From NCBI GenBank assembly GCA_963783305.1, contig CAWAMW010000007.1, positions 416,001 to 480,000 of the forward strand: a DNA stretch of 64,000 bases, in the 5' to 3' direction. The position numbers and the translations under genes are program-made. Source of the DNA: an uncultured Gemmatimonadales bacterium (GTDB lineage: Bacteria > Gemmatimonadota > Gemmatimonadetes > Longimicrobiales > RSA9). Shown piece after piece: positions 39,218 to 48,839 of the stretch. Position 1 is the stretch's first letter; each line of letters begins with the position of its first letter. The notes below the pieces were generated by a model, which was given only the letters and a program-made list of their open reading frames with translations, was not told where the DNA came from and made no database searches.

Positions 39218-41307
39218 TGTCCGCCGTGGCCGGAGCCCTCGAGCTGGCGCAGCCGCGCTGGCGCAGCGCCGCGGAGGCCGGCCTCGTGGTGGGCATCGTG
39301 GGCATCATCGCCCTCCTGGTCGTGCCGCTCCCGCCGCTCCTGCTGGACCTGCTCCTCGCCCTCAGCATCGCGGCGTCACTCCTGGTCCTGCTGGTGGCGC
39401 TCAACACGATTGACCCGCTGGAATTCAGCGTCTTTCCGGTGGTCCTGCTCCTCATGACGCTGTTCCGCCTTGCGCTGAACGTCAGCAGTACCCGGCTCAT
39501 CCTGGGGGAGGGGAGCGCGGGGGCGGTGATCGAGGCGTTCGGCGCCTTCGTCGTCGGGGGGAACTACGCGGTGGGGATCGTCGTCTTCCTGATCCTGGTG
39601 GCGATCAACTTCATCGTCATCACGAAGGGCGCGGGGCGCGTGGCCGAGGTGGGGGCGCGCTTCACCCTGGACGCCATGCCCGGCCGGCAGATGAGCATCG
39701 ATGCCGACCTGAGCGCCGGCCTCATCGACGATCAGGAGGCACGCCGGCAGCGCGACAAGATCTCCCGGGAGGCCGATTTCTACGGCGCCATGGACGGTGC
39801 CGCCAAGTTCGTCCGCGGTGACGCCATCGCGGGGCTCCTGATCACCGCCATCAACATCCTCGGCGGCCTTTTCGTGGGGGTGGTGCAGCGCGGGATGCCC
39901 GCCGGCCAGGCCCTCACTGAGTACACCCTTCTGACCGTCGGCGACGGCCTGGTCACCCAGATCCCCGCCCTCATCGTCAGCACCGCCGCCGGGATCATGG
40001 TCACCCACTCGGCGGGCGAGTCCCGCGTGGGCGCCGCGCTCCTCCGGCAGGTGGGACGGCACCCCACCGCCATGTGGATCTCCAGCGGATTCCTCGCCAC
40101 CCTCGGGCTCATGCCGGGGCTGCCCTTCCTGCCCTTCCTCCTGCTCGCCGCGGGCGGCGCCGGTCTCGCGTACGGCATGGGGGAGCAGCAGAAGGCGGAG
40201 GTGGCCCATCGCGATGCCGAGTTCCACCGTGCCGAGGAGGAGCCGCTCCCGCCCGACGACCCGGTGCAGGACCTGATCCAGACCGACCCCGTCGAGCTCC
40301 AGCTGGGATACGGCCTCATCGGGCTCGTCGACCAGGAGCAGGGCGGCGACCTCCTGGAGCGGATCCGACTCCTGCGCAAGCAGGCCGCCCAGGAGCTGGG
40401 CGTGCTCATCCCACCGATCCGGATCCGTGACGACGCGCGACTCGACACCTCCGAGTACGTCGTCCGGGTACGGGGCACCGAGGTCACCCGGTGGCAGCTC
40501 GTGCCGCGCCACCTCCTGGCTCTCGACACGGGTGGCGTCATCGAGCCGGTCCAGGGGATCGAGACCCACGACCCCAGCTTCGGCATGCCCGCCCGCTGGA
40601 TCGCGCAGCGGGAACGGGCGGACGCGGAGGCCAGCGGCTACGTGGTGGTGGAGCCGCCCACGGTGGTGGCCACGCACCTCATGGAGACGCTCAAGAACAG
40701 CGGTGCGGATCTGCTCGGCCGCCAGGACGTCCGCGAGATGCTCGACCGGCTCAAGGTCACGCACCCGGCCCTGGTGGAGGACGTGGTGCCGAACCGTCTC
40801 GGCCTCGGCGTGATCCACCGCGTGCTCCAGCGGCTGCTGAAGGAGCGGATCCCGATCCGTGACCTGGTCACGATCCTGGAGAGCCTCGCCGACGCGGCCG
40901 ACCGAACGCAGGACCCCGAGGCCCTCAACGAGCACGTCCGTGGAGCCCTCTCCCACGTCATCGGCGATATGTACGCCGACGCCGACGGCGAGGTCCGGGG
41001 GATCGCCATGGGGCCGAAGCTCGAGGCCGCGCTCATGGGCTTCTTCTCCCCGCGCCAGGGCAGTGCCGGCGCCATGATGCGCCCCGACACGCTGACTCGC
41101 GTCCTGCGCCAGATCGACCGACTGACGAGGGAGCACGCCTCCGATGGCGCGCTCCCCCCCGTGGTCACGCCCCCCGGGCTGCGCGTGGGCGTCCGCCGTC
41201 TCCTGGAGCCCGTGCTCCCGAAGGTCCCGGTGATATCGCTGTCCGAGCTCCCGGCCAGCATCACCCTCACGACGATCGCTGTATGGGAGTTGACCGATGA
41301 AGCTTGA
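39217..41307 (+). CDS. flhA: Flagellar export protein FlhA
   Basis: FHIPEP motifs RVAEVGARFTLDAMPGRQM and FYGAMDGAAKFVRGDA. Confidence 0.95.
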   Translation: MSAVAGALELAQPRWRSAAEAGLVVGIVGIIALLVVPLPPLLLDLLLALSIAASLLVLLVALNTIDPLEFSVFPVVLLLMTLFRLALNVSSTRLILGEGSAGAVIEAFGAFVVGGNYAVGIVVFLILVAINFIVITKGAGRVAEVGARFTLDAMPGRQMSIDADLSAGLIDDQEARRQRDKISREADFYGAMDGAAKFVRGDAIAGLLITAINILGGLFVGVVQRGMPAGQALTEYTLLTVGDGLVTQIPALIVSTAAGIMVTHSAGESRVGAALLRQVGRHPTAMWISSGFLATLGLMPGLPFLPFLLLAAGGAGLAYGMGEQQKAEVAHRDAEFHRAEEEPLPPDDPVQDLIQTDPVELQLGYGLIGLVDQEQGGDLLERIRLLRKQAAQELGVLIPPIRIRDDARLDTSEYVVRVRGTEVTRWQLVPRHLLALDTGGVIEPVQGIETHDPSFGMPARWIAQRERADAEASGYVVVEPPTVVATHLMETLKNSGADLLGRQDVREMLDRLKVTHPALVEDVVPNRLGLGVIHRVLQRLLKERIPIRDLVTILESLADAADRTQDPEALNEHVRGALSHVIGDMYADADGEVRGIAMGPKLEAALMGFFSPRQGSAGAMMRPDTLTRVLRQIDRLTREHASDGALPPVVTPPGLRVGVRRLLEPVLPKVPVISLSELPASITLTTIAVWELTDEA

Positions 41308-42136
41308 GACCTTTTCCGGGGCAAGCATGCCCGCGGTGCTGCGCCTCGTACGCGCGGCGCTGGGTGAGGAAGCGATGATTGTGCATACCAGCAGGGAAAA
41401 CAGGGACGGCCGCGAGCAGGTCAGGGTGGTGGCCGCCGCCGCACACGATGTGATGCCCCTCAGGGCCAGGCTCGAGCGCGGTCCGAGCATGACCACGTTC
41501 GACGGTCCGGCCGCCGGCAAGCGGGCGCGTCCGCACGTGATCGCGCTCGTCGGTCCCACGGGGGCGGGGAAGACCACGACCGCCGCCAAGCTCGCGCTCC
41601 ACGCCGACGCCTTCGGTCGCCAGCGAGTCGGGTTCCTGGCACTGGACACCTACAGGGTCGCCGCGCTCGAGCAGCTGCAGACGTACGCTGACATTATCGG
41701 CGCGCCCATGGAAGTGGCCTATCACGCCGGCGACGTGGAGCCGGCCATGGCGGCCCTGGCCTCGTGCGAGGTGGTGATCGTCGACGCCCCCGGCCGGAGC
41801 CCCATCCACCGCAGCTTCCTGCAGTGGCGGGGTGCACTGACCCGCGCCCGGCCCCACGAGACCCACCTGGTGCTCCCGGCCACCATTCACCCCGCGGCGG
41901 GTCGAGCCCACAAGAGCGGCTACGGGGATTGCGGGCTGACGCACCTGCTGGTGACCAAGCTCGATGAAATGCCCGAGGCGGGCGGTGTGCTGGAGCTCGC
42001 CGAGAAGGTCGATCTCCCGGTCCGCTGGACCACCGACGGACAGGACGTCCCCGGCGACCTCAACCGCGGCGGTGGTGGACTCCTGACGTCAGCCACGCGC
42101 GCCGCCGAAGAAGTCCGGGCGAGGCTGGCGGGATGA
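41297..42136 (+). CDS. flhF: SRP-family GTPase FlhF (compact)
   Basis: GPTGAGKTTT, DTYR, DAPG, TKLDE and GQDVP motifs. Confidence 0.9.
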   Translation: MKLETFSGASMPAVLRLVRAALGEEAMIVHTSRENRDGREQVRVVAAAAHDVMPLRARLERGPSMTTFDGPAAGKRARPHVIALVGPTGAGKTTTAAKLALHADAFGRQRVGFLALDTYRVAALEQLQTYADIIGAPMEVAYHAGDVEPAMAALASCEVVIVDAPGRSPIHRSFLQWRGALTRARPHETHLVLPATIHPAAGRAHKSGYGDCGLTHLLVTKLDEMPEAGGVLELAEKVDLPVRWTTDGQDVPGDLNRGGGGLLTSATRAAEEVRARLAG

Positions 42137-42921
42137 GCGAGCAGGCGCGCGGCGTTCGCCGCTTCGTGGAGCGAACGGCTCCGGTCCGAGCCGCACAGCC
42201 GGACGGCCACGTGATCGCGGCCGGGAAGGGCGGCATTGGCACGTCCACCGTGGCGCTGCTCCTGGCGTTCGCCGCCCGGACCCACGGCCCCGTCGTCCTG
42301 GTGGATGCGCAGGGCGGGTTCGGCGGTCTGCACCAGCTGCTGGGCCTCGCGCCCTGGCACGACGAGGAGGATCGCGTCCGTGAGACGCCCCTCGGCCCGG
42401 ATCTCACGCTCATCCATGCCCCCGCCCACGCGAAGGCGGAGAGCCCGGGGCTCCGCGCCGCCATGCGGCGCGCGGTGCGGGCCCGGACGGATGCCATCGT
42501 GCTCGTCGATGCCGGGTCTCGACCGCAGACCGTCCTCCACGCCATGCACGACTTCGGCGCGAGCCTGGTCTCCGTCGTGGGAGCCGATGGCATTTCGCCC
42601 GCCGCCGCGTACGGACTGGCCAAGCTGATCTGGAGGACTCGCCCGGAGGCCAGCGTGGCCGCCCTCGCCAATCGCGTCACCGACGACGAGGCGGGCGTGG
42701 CGCAGGACGCGCTCCGCTCCGCCGCCCGCCGCTTCGCGGGGCGCGGGATCGTCTGGCTCGGTCAGCTCCCGGAAGCCCCGGCGCTGCTCGACGCCGACGG
42801 GCCGCCCTGGGCCACCATCGACAGCACGGAGCCCGCCCTCATGGCGGGCGCCGATTCAGTGGCGACCCGGCTCCTGGGACCCACACCGCATCGCAACTCG
42901 ACTCTTCACCGGTTCGGATGA
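42133..42921 (+). CDS. flhG: FlhG/MinD-like protein with degenerate ATPase motifs
   Basis: Position between flhF and fliA; GKGGIGTST, LVDA, LVDAGS and ANRV. Confidence 0.7.
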   Translation: MSEQARGVRRFVERTAPVRAAQPDGHVIAAGKGGIGTSTVALLLAFAARTHGPVVLVDAQGGFGGLHQLLGLAPWHDEEDRVRETPLGPDLTLIHAPAHAKAESPGLRAAMRRAVRARTDAIVLVDAGSRPQTVLHAMHDFGASLVSVVGADGISPAAAYGLAKLIWRTRPEASVAALANRVTDDEAGVAQDALRSAARRFAGRGIVWLGQLPEAPALLDADGPPWATIDSTEPALMAGADSVATRLLGPTPHRNSTLHRFG

Positions 42922-43682
42922 TCATGACGGAAACGACTCTGTGGGAGGCCTATCAGACACGCGGTGACACGGATGCCCGTGATCGCCTGCTCCAGGACAA
43001 CCTCCCCCTCGTGCGCTATCTCGCGCGGAAGCTGTGGCAGCGGATCCGCGGAAAGCTCGACATCGACGACCTGGTGAGCGCCGGGACTATCGGGCTCATC
43101 CAGGCCATCGACCACTTCGATCCCGACCGGGGACTGGCGTTCAGCACGTTCGCCACACCCCGCATCCGCGGCGCCATGCTCGACCACCTGCGGCTCTGGG
43201 ACTTCGTACCGCGGTCGGTCCGGAAGAAGCAGCGATCGCTGCACGAGGCGCGCGAGACGCTCACGACCCGTCTGGGGCGCGAGCCCACTCGGGTCGAGGT
43301 GGCCGCCGAACTCGGCGTGGAGCTGGAAACCGCCTGCCGCTGGGAGTCCGATGCGGCCGATGCCGTCCAGGTCGCCCTGGACGCGCCATTGCCAGGGGAA
43401 GGGAAGCGGCTCACCACCATGGAGGTCCTCCCGGGCGAGACCGGCGAGGAGGCCGACCACGCGATCGCGCACCGCGAGGAGGTCGAGCTCCTGACGGAGG
43501 CCATGGCCCGCCTCCCGGAGCGGGACCGCGACGTGCTCGCCCTCTACTACTACGAGGGCCTCAAGATGCACCAGATCGCCGAGATCCTCGGCGTTACCGA
43601 ATCCCGGATCTCACAGATCCGGTCCAAGATCCTGAAAACGCTGCGGGCCGATCTGGCCCACCTGAGGGAGGTCGCCGTATGA
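42918..43682 (+). CDS. fliA: Flagellar sigma factor FliA (sigma28)
   Basis: DDLVSAGTIGL, RIRGAMLDHLR..D.VPRSVR and LGVTESRISQI motifs. Confidence 0.95.
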   Translation: MIMTETTLWEAYQTRGDTDARDRLLQDNLPLVRYLARKLWQRIRGKLDIDDLVSAGTIGLIQAIDHFDPDRGLAFSTFATPRIRGAMLDHLRLWDFVPRSVRKKQRSLHEARETLTTRLGREPTRVEVAAELGVELETACRWESDAADAVQVALDAPLPGEGKRLTTMEVLPGETGEEADHAIAHREEVELLTEAMARLPERDRDVLALYYYEGLKMHQIAEILGVTESRISQIRSKILKTLRADLAHLREVAV

Positions 43683-44195
43683 ACAGGAGAACGGGCGCCA
43701 TCGCCGCCATCGCCGCGGGACTGACGCTCCTCGCGAGCCGTGTCCCCGCTCCGGACCCAGCCCGGTTCCAGCAGGCGCTCCGGGCCATGAACGCCGATGG
43801 GCAGCTCGGCCTGCGGGCGCTGGTCTTCGAGGCCGGCAGCGCCTGGCAGCGCGCCGGGATCGCCATCGACCTCCGCGTCGTCGCCGTCGCCGTCGCCGCG
43901 CTGGGCCTCGGCGGCTTCAGCCATTCTCGCGCTGCACCTCTGGCGCTCGCGACCAGGGCCTCTCGTCGCCCGGACGGCCCCGGCCTCGCTGCCCCGTGAC
44001 CGCAGGGTCGCGCAGGCACGTGCCCTCGCAGACAAGGGTCGCCTGAACATCGACGTCGCGCGCCGGACCACGCTCTCCCGCGACGCCGTGGACCTCCTGA
44101 CCATGCTGCCGCGGCCGGACGCAGCCGTCACACGGCGCAGGACGTTCCGGAGCAGGACGTTCCGGAGCACGCGCTCCCGGAGCATGGTGGCGTGA
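43679..44195 (+). CDS. Hypothetical membrane protein with C-terminal HTH-like segment; apparent +1 frameshift near 43910
   Basis: ATGA overlap with the fliA stop and GTGA overlap with the flgF start lie in different frames. Removing one G at about 43910 gives a continuous TM helix and ARALADKG..IDVARRTTLSRDAVDLL. Confidence 0.55.
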
Positions 44196-44884
44196 GCGGG
44201 ATGAGCATCGATCCGCTGCGAACCGCCGCCCGGGCCCTCGCCTACTGGGAACGACGCCAGGAGGTCACTTCGCACAACGTGGCCAACACCGAGACGCCGG
44301 GCTACAAACGGCAGCGGGTCTTCGCCGAACTGCTCGACGGCGCGCCGGCCCCCGTGGTGCGCGACGACATGACCGCTGGCGCTATCCGCACCACGGGCCG
44401 GCCGCTGGACGTGGCGCTGGAAGGGGACGGGTTCCTGGTGGTGGACACGCCCACGGGCGAGATGCTCAGGCGCGGCGGTTCTCTCTCCCTGGACGCGGCG
44501 GGCGTCCTGATCGATGGGGGCGGACGCCCCGTCCTGGGGGAGGATGGCGTGATCGTCCTTCCGCCCGGGTCGGTGGAGATCGACGGCGACGGCACGGTGC
44601 GGGTGGACGGGGCCGAACTGGCGCGGCTGCGGATGGAGAGCGCGGAGCCGGGTTCGCTCCGGAGGGTGGAGGCGGGCCTCTGGATCGGCGCGCCCGGAGA
44701 ACCGCTTCCCGCCGGGGCGGTGGGCGTGCGCCAGGGGGCCCTCGAGGACAGCAACGTCCAGGCCCTGGAGGGGCTCGTGGAGATGCTGGACGTGCAGCGC
44801 AATTACGCCGCGATCCAGAAGAGCGTGGTCACGCTGGACGGAGTGCTGGAGACTGTGGCGAACCGCATCGGCCGGGTCGGCTGA
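44192..44884 (+). CDS. flgF: Flagellar basal body rod protein FlgF
   Basis: HNVANTETPGYK, TGRPLDVALEGDGF and LEDSNV motifs; precedes flgG. Confidence 0.9.
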   Translation: MSGMSIDPLRTAARALAYWERRQEVTSHNVANTETPGYKRQRVFAELLDGAPAPVVRDDMTAGAIRTTGRPLDVALEGDGFLVVDTPTGEMLRRGGSLSLDAAGVLIDGGGRPVLGEDGVIVLPPGSVEIDGDGTVRVDGAELARLRMESAEPGSLRRVEAGLWIGAPGEPLPAGAVGVRQGALEDSNVQALEGLVEMLDVQRNYAAIQKSVVTLDGVLETVANRIGRVG

Positions 44885-44919
44885 GCGGAATCGAGAACCG
44901 AGCAGGCAGGGAGGCAATC

Positions 44920-45705
44920 ATGGATCCATCGATGCGGACGGCCGCAACGGGAATGGCAGCGCAGCAGCGCCGGGTGGAGGTCATCTCCAACAACCTGGCG
45001 AACGTCAACACGACGGGCTTCAAGCGGAGCCGGGCGCACTTCGAGGACCTTCTGTATCAAACGGTGCAGGGACCCGGGGTCGGCGGCGCAGACCAGGGTA
45101 CTACGGACCCGGTCCAGATCGGACGCGGAACCCGCCTGGCGGCCGTCCAGCGGATCCAGGCGCAGGGGGCCATGGAGAACACCGGGCGTCCCCTCGACCT
45201 CGCCATTAACGGCGACGGCCTGTTCCAGGTCCGCATGCCCAATGGCGAGATGGCCTACACCCGGGACGGCAGCTTCACCATCTCGGCCAATGGCTCCCTC
45301 GTGACCCACGGCGGCTATGAGCTCGCTCCCGGTATCGTCATCCCGGAGGACGCGACGGGCGTCACCGTCTCGCGTACGGGCGTGGTGACCGTTCAGATGC
45401 GCTCCGCGGCCGACGTGGTGGAGCTCGGCCGCATCGAGCTCGCGCGGTTCGCCAACGTCACCGGCCTCGAGGCGATCGGCGAGAACCTGCTCGTGGAAAC
45501 GCCCGCCTCCGGAACACCCTTCCTCGGCTACCCGCAGGACCAGGGACTGGGCGGTGTGATCCAGGGGCACCTGGAGGCCAGCAACGTCGAGATCGTCACG
45601 GAGATGGTCGACATGATCGCCGCGCTCCGGGCGTACGAGATCAATTCGCAGGCCGTCAAGTCGAGCGAGGAGATGGCGCGGACGGCCACGCAGATGATCC
45701 GATGA
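44920..45705 (+). CDS. flgG: Flagellar distal rod protein FlgG
   Basis: NNLANVNTTGFKRSRAHFEDLLYQ, YTRDGSF and LEASNVEIVTEM motifs. Confidence 0.95.
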   Translation: MDPSMRTAATGMAAQQRRVEVISNNLANVNTTGFKRSRAHFEDLLYQTVQGPGVGGADQGTTDPVQIGRGTRLAAVQRIQAQGAMENTGRPLDLAINGDGLFQVRMPNGEMAYTRDGSFTISANGSLVTHGGYELAPGIVIPEDATGVTVSRTGVVTVQMRSAADVVELGRIELARFANVTGLEAIGENLLVETPASGTPFLGYPQDQGLGGVIQGHLEASNVEIVTEMVDMIAALRAYEINSQAVKSSEEMARTATQMIR

Positions 45706-46412
45706 GCCTGCCTCCCACCCGGTCTCCGGTCGGGATCCTGGTTCTGGGCCTTGCCGCGCTCTCGTGCTTCACGGCCACGCCCACGCCGGCGAGGGCGCAG
45801 GACGCGGGCACCGCGCCGGAGGCCTCCGGTGTGCCGGAGGCTGTCACCCGCGCGGTCACCAACGCGGTCGCCGCCCGCTGGGGAGTGCCGACCGAGGCCG
45901 TTCGGATCACGTGGCCGGCTGGACCGGCCATGGATTCCGGCGCCATTCGGCTGCTCGGGTCGGGCGCGGCCGGGGTCTTCGTGGTGGAAGCGCGCGGGGA
46001 CTCACGCGTGATCCGTCGGCGAGTGACGGCGGGTGTGCGCTCCTCGATAGCGGTCGCCGCCCGGGACCTTCAGCGAGGGGCAGTACTGGCCGACACTGAC
46101 ATCGCACACCGCGATACGGTCCTCGTGGGGTCGAAGCCGGACGGGCCGGTGGCCGGTTGGGTCGCCCGTCGCGCGATCCCCATGGGAGCGGCCCTCGCCA
46201 GTCCGGCCGTGGGGCCGGCGTCGGCCGTCGTGGCAGGTCGCCCGGTGACACTCGTGTGGCGCAGCGGTGAGCTCGAAGTGAGCACGCGGGCCGTGGCCGT
46301 GGGTACGGCGGCGGCCGGCGAGCGTGTGGCGGTGCGGACGGAGTCGGGACGGCGGATCTGGGGGATCGCCGAAGCGGGGGACGTGGTGACAATCGTGGGA
46401 GCGGAGCGATGA
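45702..46412 (+). CDS. flgA: P-ring formation chaperone FlgA
   Basis: Signal peptide, SAF domain (VAARDLQRGAVL), C-terminal GERVAVRTESGR. Confidence 0.85.
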   Translation: MSLPPTRSPVGILVLGLAALSCFTATPTPARAQDAGTAPEASGVPEAVTRAVTNAVAARWGVPTEAVRITWPAGPAMDSGAIRLLGSGAAGVFVVEARGDSRVIRRRVTAGVRSSIAVAARDLQRGAVLADTDIAHRDTVLVGSKPDGPVAGWVARRAIPMGAALASPAVGPASAVVAGRPVTLVWRSGELEVSTRAVAVGTAAAGERVAVRTESGRRIWGIAEAGDVVTIVGAER

Positions 46413-47008
46413 GGATTGCGATGATGAACGGTGTGAGCCGTATGTGCGTGACCATACTGGTGATCGGAGGGATCGCGTCCAGCCGGGCGGCGCCGGTCAT
46501 GGCGCAGACGCCAGCCTCCTGGACCGCCGATGCGCAGGTCTTCAGGGTCGGCGACGCCATTTCCGTTCTGCTGGACGAGTACACCCTGGCGTCGGCGAAC
46601 CGGGACGTGTCCGCGGAACAGCAGCGGAGCCGCTCGTTCGGCGTGGCCGGGTCGGCGAACGGGACGGAGCTCGGCCGCGCCTCGGTGGACACGGAGAACG
46701 CCGGCAGCTCCCGGGACCGTGGGCGCTCCACCCGCCACGACCGACTCACCGCGGAGATGACCGTCCGGGTCGAGGAGATCGCTCCGGACGGGATGCTGAA
46801 GGTGAGTGGCACGAAGCACCTCACCATCGACGAGCACGAGCAGGAGCTGACACTCACGGGCTGGGTACGGCCCGCCGACGTGCCGGCCCACAACGTCATG
46901 GAGTCCTGGCGCATTGCCGACGCCACCATCGAGTACACGTCTTCGGGCCGCCTGGGCAAGCCCCGCCAGGGCCTCATCTCTCGCGTCCTCGGATGGATCT
47001 GGCCATGA
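46409..47008 (+). CDS. flgH: Flagellar L-ring protein FlgH
   Basis: VGDAISVLLDE, LTGWVRPADV, RIADATIEY and GLISRVLGWIWP motifs. Confidence 0.9.
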   Translation: MRIAMMNGVSRMCVTILVIGGIASSRAAPVMAQTPASWTADAQVFRVGDAISVLLDEYTLASANRDVSAEQQRSRSFGVAGSANGTELGRASVDTENAGSSRDRGRSTRHDRLTAEMTVRVEEIAPDGMLKVSGTKHLTIDEHEQELTLTGWVRPADVPAHNVMESWRIADATIEYTSSGRLGKPRQGLISRVLGWIWP

Positions 47009-48033
47009 GGATCCCAGCCATGATTGCGCTGATCGCGGCGCTCCTCTCGGCCGCCGCGCCGACCGCAGGCCAGTCCGTACGCGTCCGCGACCTCGTGCAC
47101 GTCGAGCGCGATGTGCCGGTCCGGTTGATGGGCTACGGCCTCGTAGTGGGACTCGACGGCACCGGCGATCGGGCCGCTGGACGCGCGGGCTCCCCGCAGA
47201 CCGTCGCCTCCGTGACCAACCTGCTGCGGCGCTTCGGCATCCAGGTCCCCGCGGAGATGCTGCGCACCCGCAACGTCGCCGCGGTCCTCGTGACCGCCGA
47301 GCTCTCGCCGTACCTGCGCGCCGGGGGTCGTTTCGACGTGAGCGTGGCCTCCATGGGCGATGCGGTCTCGCTGCGAGGCGGACAGCTCTGGTCCACCCCG
47401 CTCATGCCGGGACCGGGATCCGAGCCCACGGCCACCGCCCAGGGAGCGGTGGTCCTCAGCGAGGGGGCCGCCGTCCGCGCGCAGTACCGGGTCGAGACCG
47501 CGGCCGCCATACCCGCGGGGGGGCTCCTTCAGACGGAGACCGTCGCACCGGCCTTCGACGGGCCCACTCGGCTCCTGCTCCGCTCGCCCGACCTGGGCAC
47601 CGCCATCCGCATGGCCACCGCCATCAATGCGGAGCTCGGCGACGGCGTGGCCACCGTCGAGGATCCCGGCTCCATCCAGCTCGCGCCGCCATCGGACGCT
47701 TCCGTGGCGCTGTTCCTGGGCCAGATATCCGATATCCGGGTGGAGCCCGACCGGGCCGCCCGCATCATCATCGACTCCCGGGACGGCACCGTTGTCGCCG
47801 GGGGTGGCCTCACGCTCGGCGCGGCGGTGGTCAGTCACGGACCGCTCACACTGGCCATCGGATCCACCGTCACCGACGAGGTGCCGGGCAGCGTCCGCGT
47901 CCCCGCCGGGACCTCCGTGCAGGATGTGGCCGTGGCGCTCCACGCCGTCGCCGCCACGCCGTCGGCCATCGCGGCCATCTTCCGCTCGCTGAAAGACGTG
48001 GGATCCCTGTCCGCGGAGGTCGTGGTACGATGA
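47005..48033 (+). CDS. flgI: Flagellar P-ring protein FlgI
   Basis: GYGLVVGLDGTGD, NVAAVLVTAEL, SLRGG and RDGTVVAG motifs. Confidence 0.95.
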   Translation: MRIPAMIALIAALLSAAAPTAGQSVRVRDLVHVERDVPVRLMGYGLVVGLDGTGDRAAGRAGSPQTVASVTNLLRRFGIQVPAEMLRTRNVAAVLVTAELSPYLRAGGRFDVSVASMGDAVSLRGGQLWSTPLMPGPGSEPTATAQGAVVLSEGAAVRAQYRVETAAAIPAGGLLQTETVAPAFDGPTRLLLRSPDLGTAIRMATAINAELGDGVATVEDPGSIQLAPPSDASVALFLGQISDIRVEPDRAARIIIDSRDGTVVAGGGLTLGAAVVSHGPLTLAIGSTVTDEVPGSVRVPAGTSVQDVAVALHAVAATPSAIAAIFRSLKDVGSLSAEVVVR

Positions 48034-48326
48034 CCCCCGTCATCCCGAACGCCGGACCCGCCGCCTCCCCCATTTCCGGTGAGTCCGGCCCCGCACCGGA
48101 CCGGCTGCGTCAGGCCACACGGAAGTTCGAAGCCGTCTTCATCCAGGAGATGCTCAAGGCCATGCGCGACACCGTCCCCGAAGGCGGCCTGCTCGACGCC
48201 GGCCGCTCCGAGGAGGTCTTCACGAGTCTCCTCGACCAGCACATCGCCGAGGTGGCCGCGACCCGCTCCAGCGGAAGTCTTGCGGACGCTCTCTACCGCC
48301 AGTTCGTCGGCCACGTGACCCCATGA
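48030..48326 (+). CDS. flgJ: FlgJ, rod-binding domain only (98 aa)
   Basis: LRQATRKFEAVFIQEMLKAMRDT..LADALYRQF; no C-terminal muramidase domain. Confidence 0.9.
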   Translation: MTPVIPNAGPAASPISGESGPAPDRLRQATRKFEAVFIQEMLKAMRDTVPEGGLLDAGRSEEVFTSLLDQHIAEVAATRSSGSLADALYRQFVGHVTP

Positions 48327-48838
48327 GAGCGGCCGACTACCTCGACCCCGCGACGCGCAGCCGGACTATTGGCTCCCTCGCGGAGTCCCTGGGTGCCGAG
48401 TCCCGCCTCCTGCACCAGCTCGTTCAGGTCCTCCGCGATCAGCGGGAGGGCGTGGCCCGGGACGACGTGGAGCAGGTCGATGACTCCGTCCAGGCCGCCC
48501 ACCGGGTGATGCAGACCCTCGCGGAGGCCCGACGACGCCGCAACGCGCTCGTTCACCTCCTCACCGATCGCCGCGACATCCAGGTCAACGCCCTCACGGA
48601 GGCGCTCGGTGAGCACATGACCCCGGATCTCGATACGCGCCGCACGGAGCTCCAGACGGTCGCGGCGACCGTGTCCCGCGAGGTCACCCTGAACCGGTCG
48701 GTCCTCACGCGCGCCATCACCACGGGCAACGACTACGTCCGCAGGCTCCTCGTCTCCTCCTCCTCCGCCGCGTATGGCGAGCGGGGGCAGTGGCAGGGAA
48801 GCCCGCGCGAATCGAACCTCATCAACCAGAAGGTCTGA
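48323..48838 (+). CDS. flgN: Flagellar export chaperone FlgN
   Basis: Helical protein between flgJ and flgK; LNRSVL and Y-G motif near the C-terminus. Confidence 0.8.
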   Translation: MRAADYLDPATRSRTIGSLAESLGAESRLLHQLVQVLRDQREGVARDDVEQVDDSVQAAHRVMQTLAEARRRRNALVHLLTDRRDIQVNALTEALGEHMTPDLDTRRTELQTVAATVSREVTLNRSVLTRAITTGNDYVRRLLVSSSSAAYGERGQWQGSPRESNLINQKV

Positions 48839-48839
48839 C

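Noticed and set aside
24192..41307. Non-flagellar injectisome T3SS
   Set aside because: Rod, hook, ring, stator and filament genes are all present and no secretin is seen; this is flagellar export.
39376..41649. 757-aa minus-strand ORF
   Set aside because: Shadow of flhA/flhF.
44014..44030. Sigma54 promoter for flgF (AGGCACGTGCCCTCGCA)
   Set aside because: GG-to-GC spacing is 11 nt rather than the required 10, and the site lies in probable coding sequence.
45907..47943. 678-aa minus-strand ORF
   Set aside because: Shadow of flgA, flgH and flgI.
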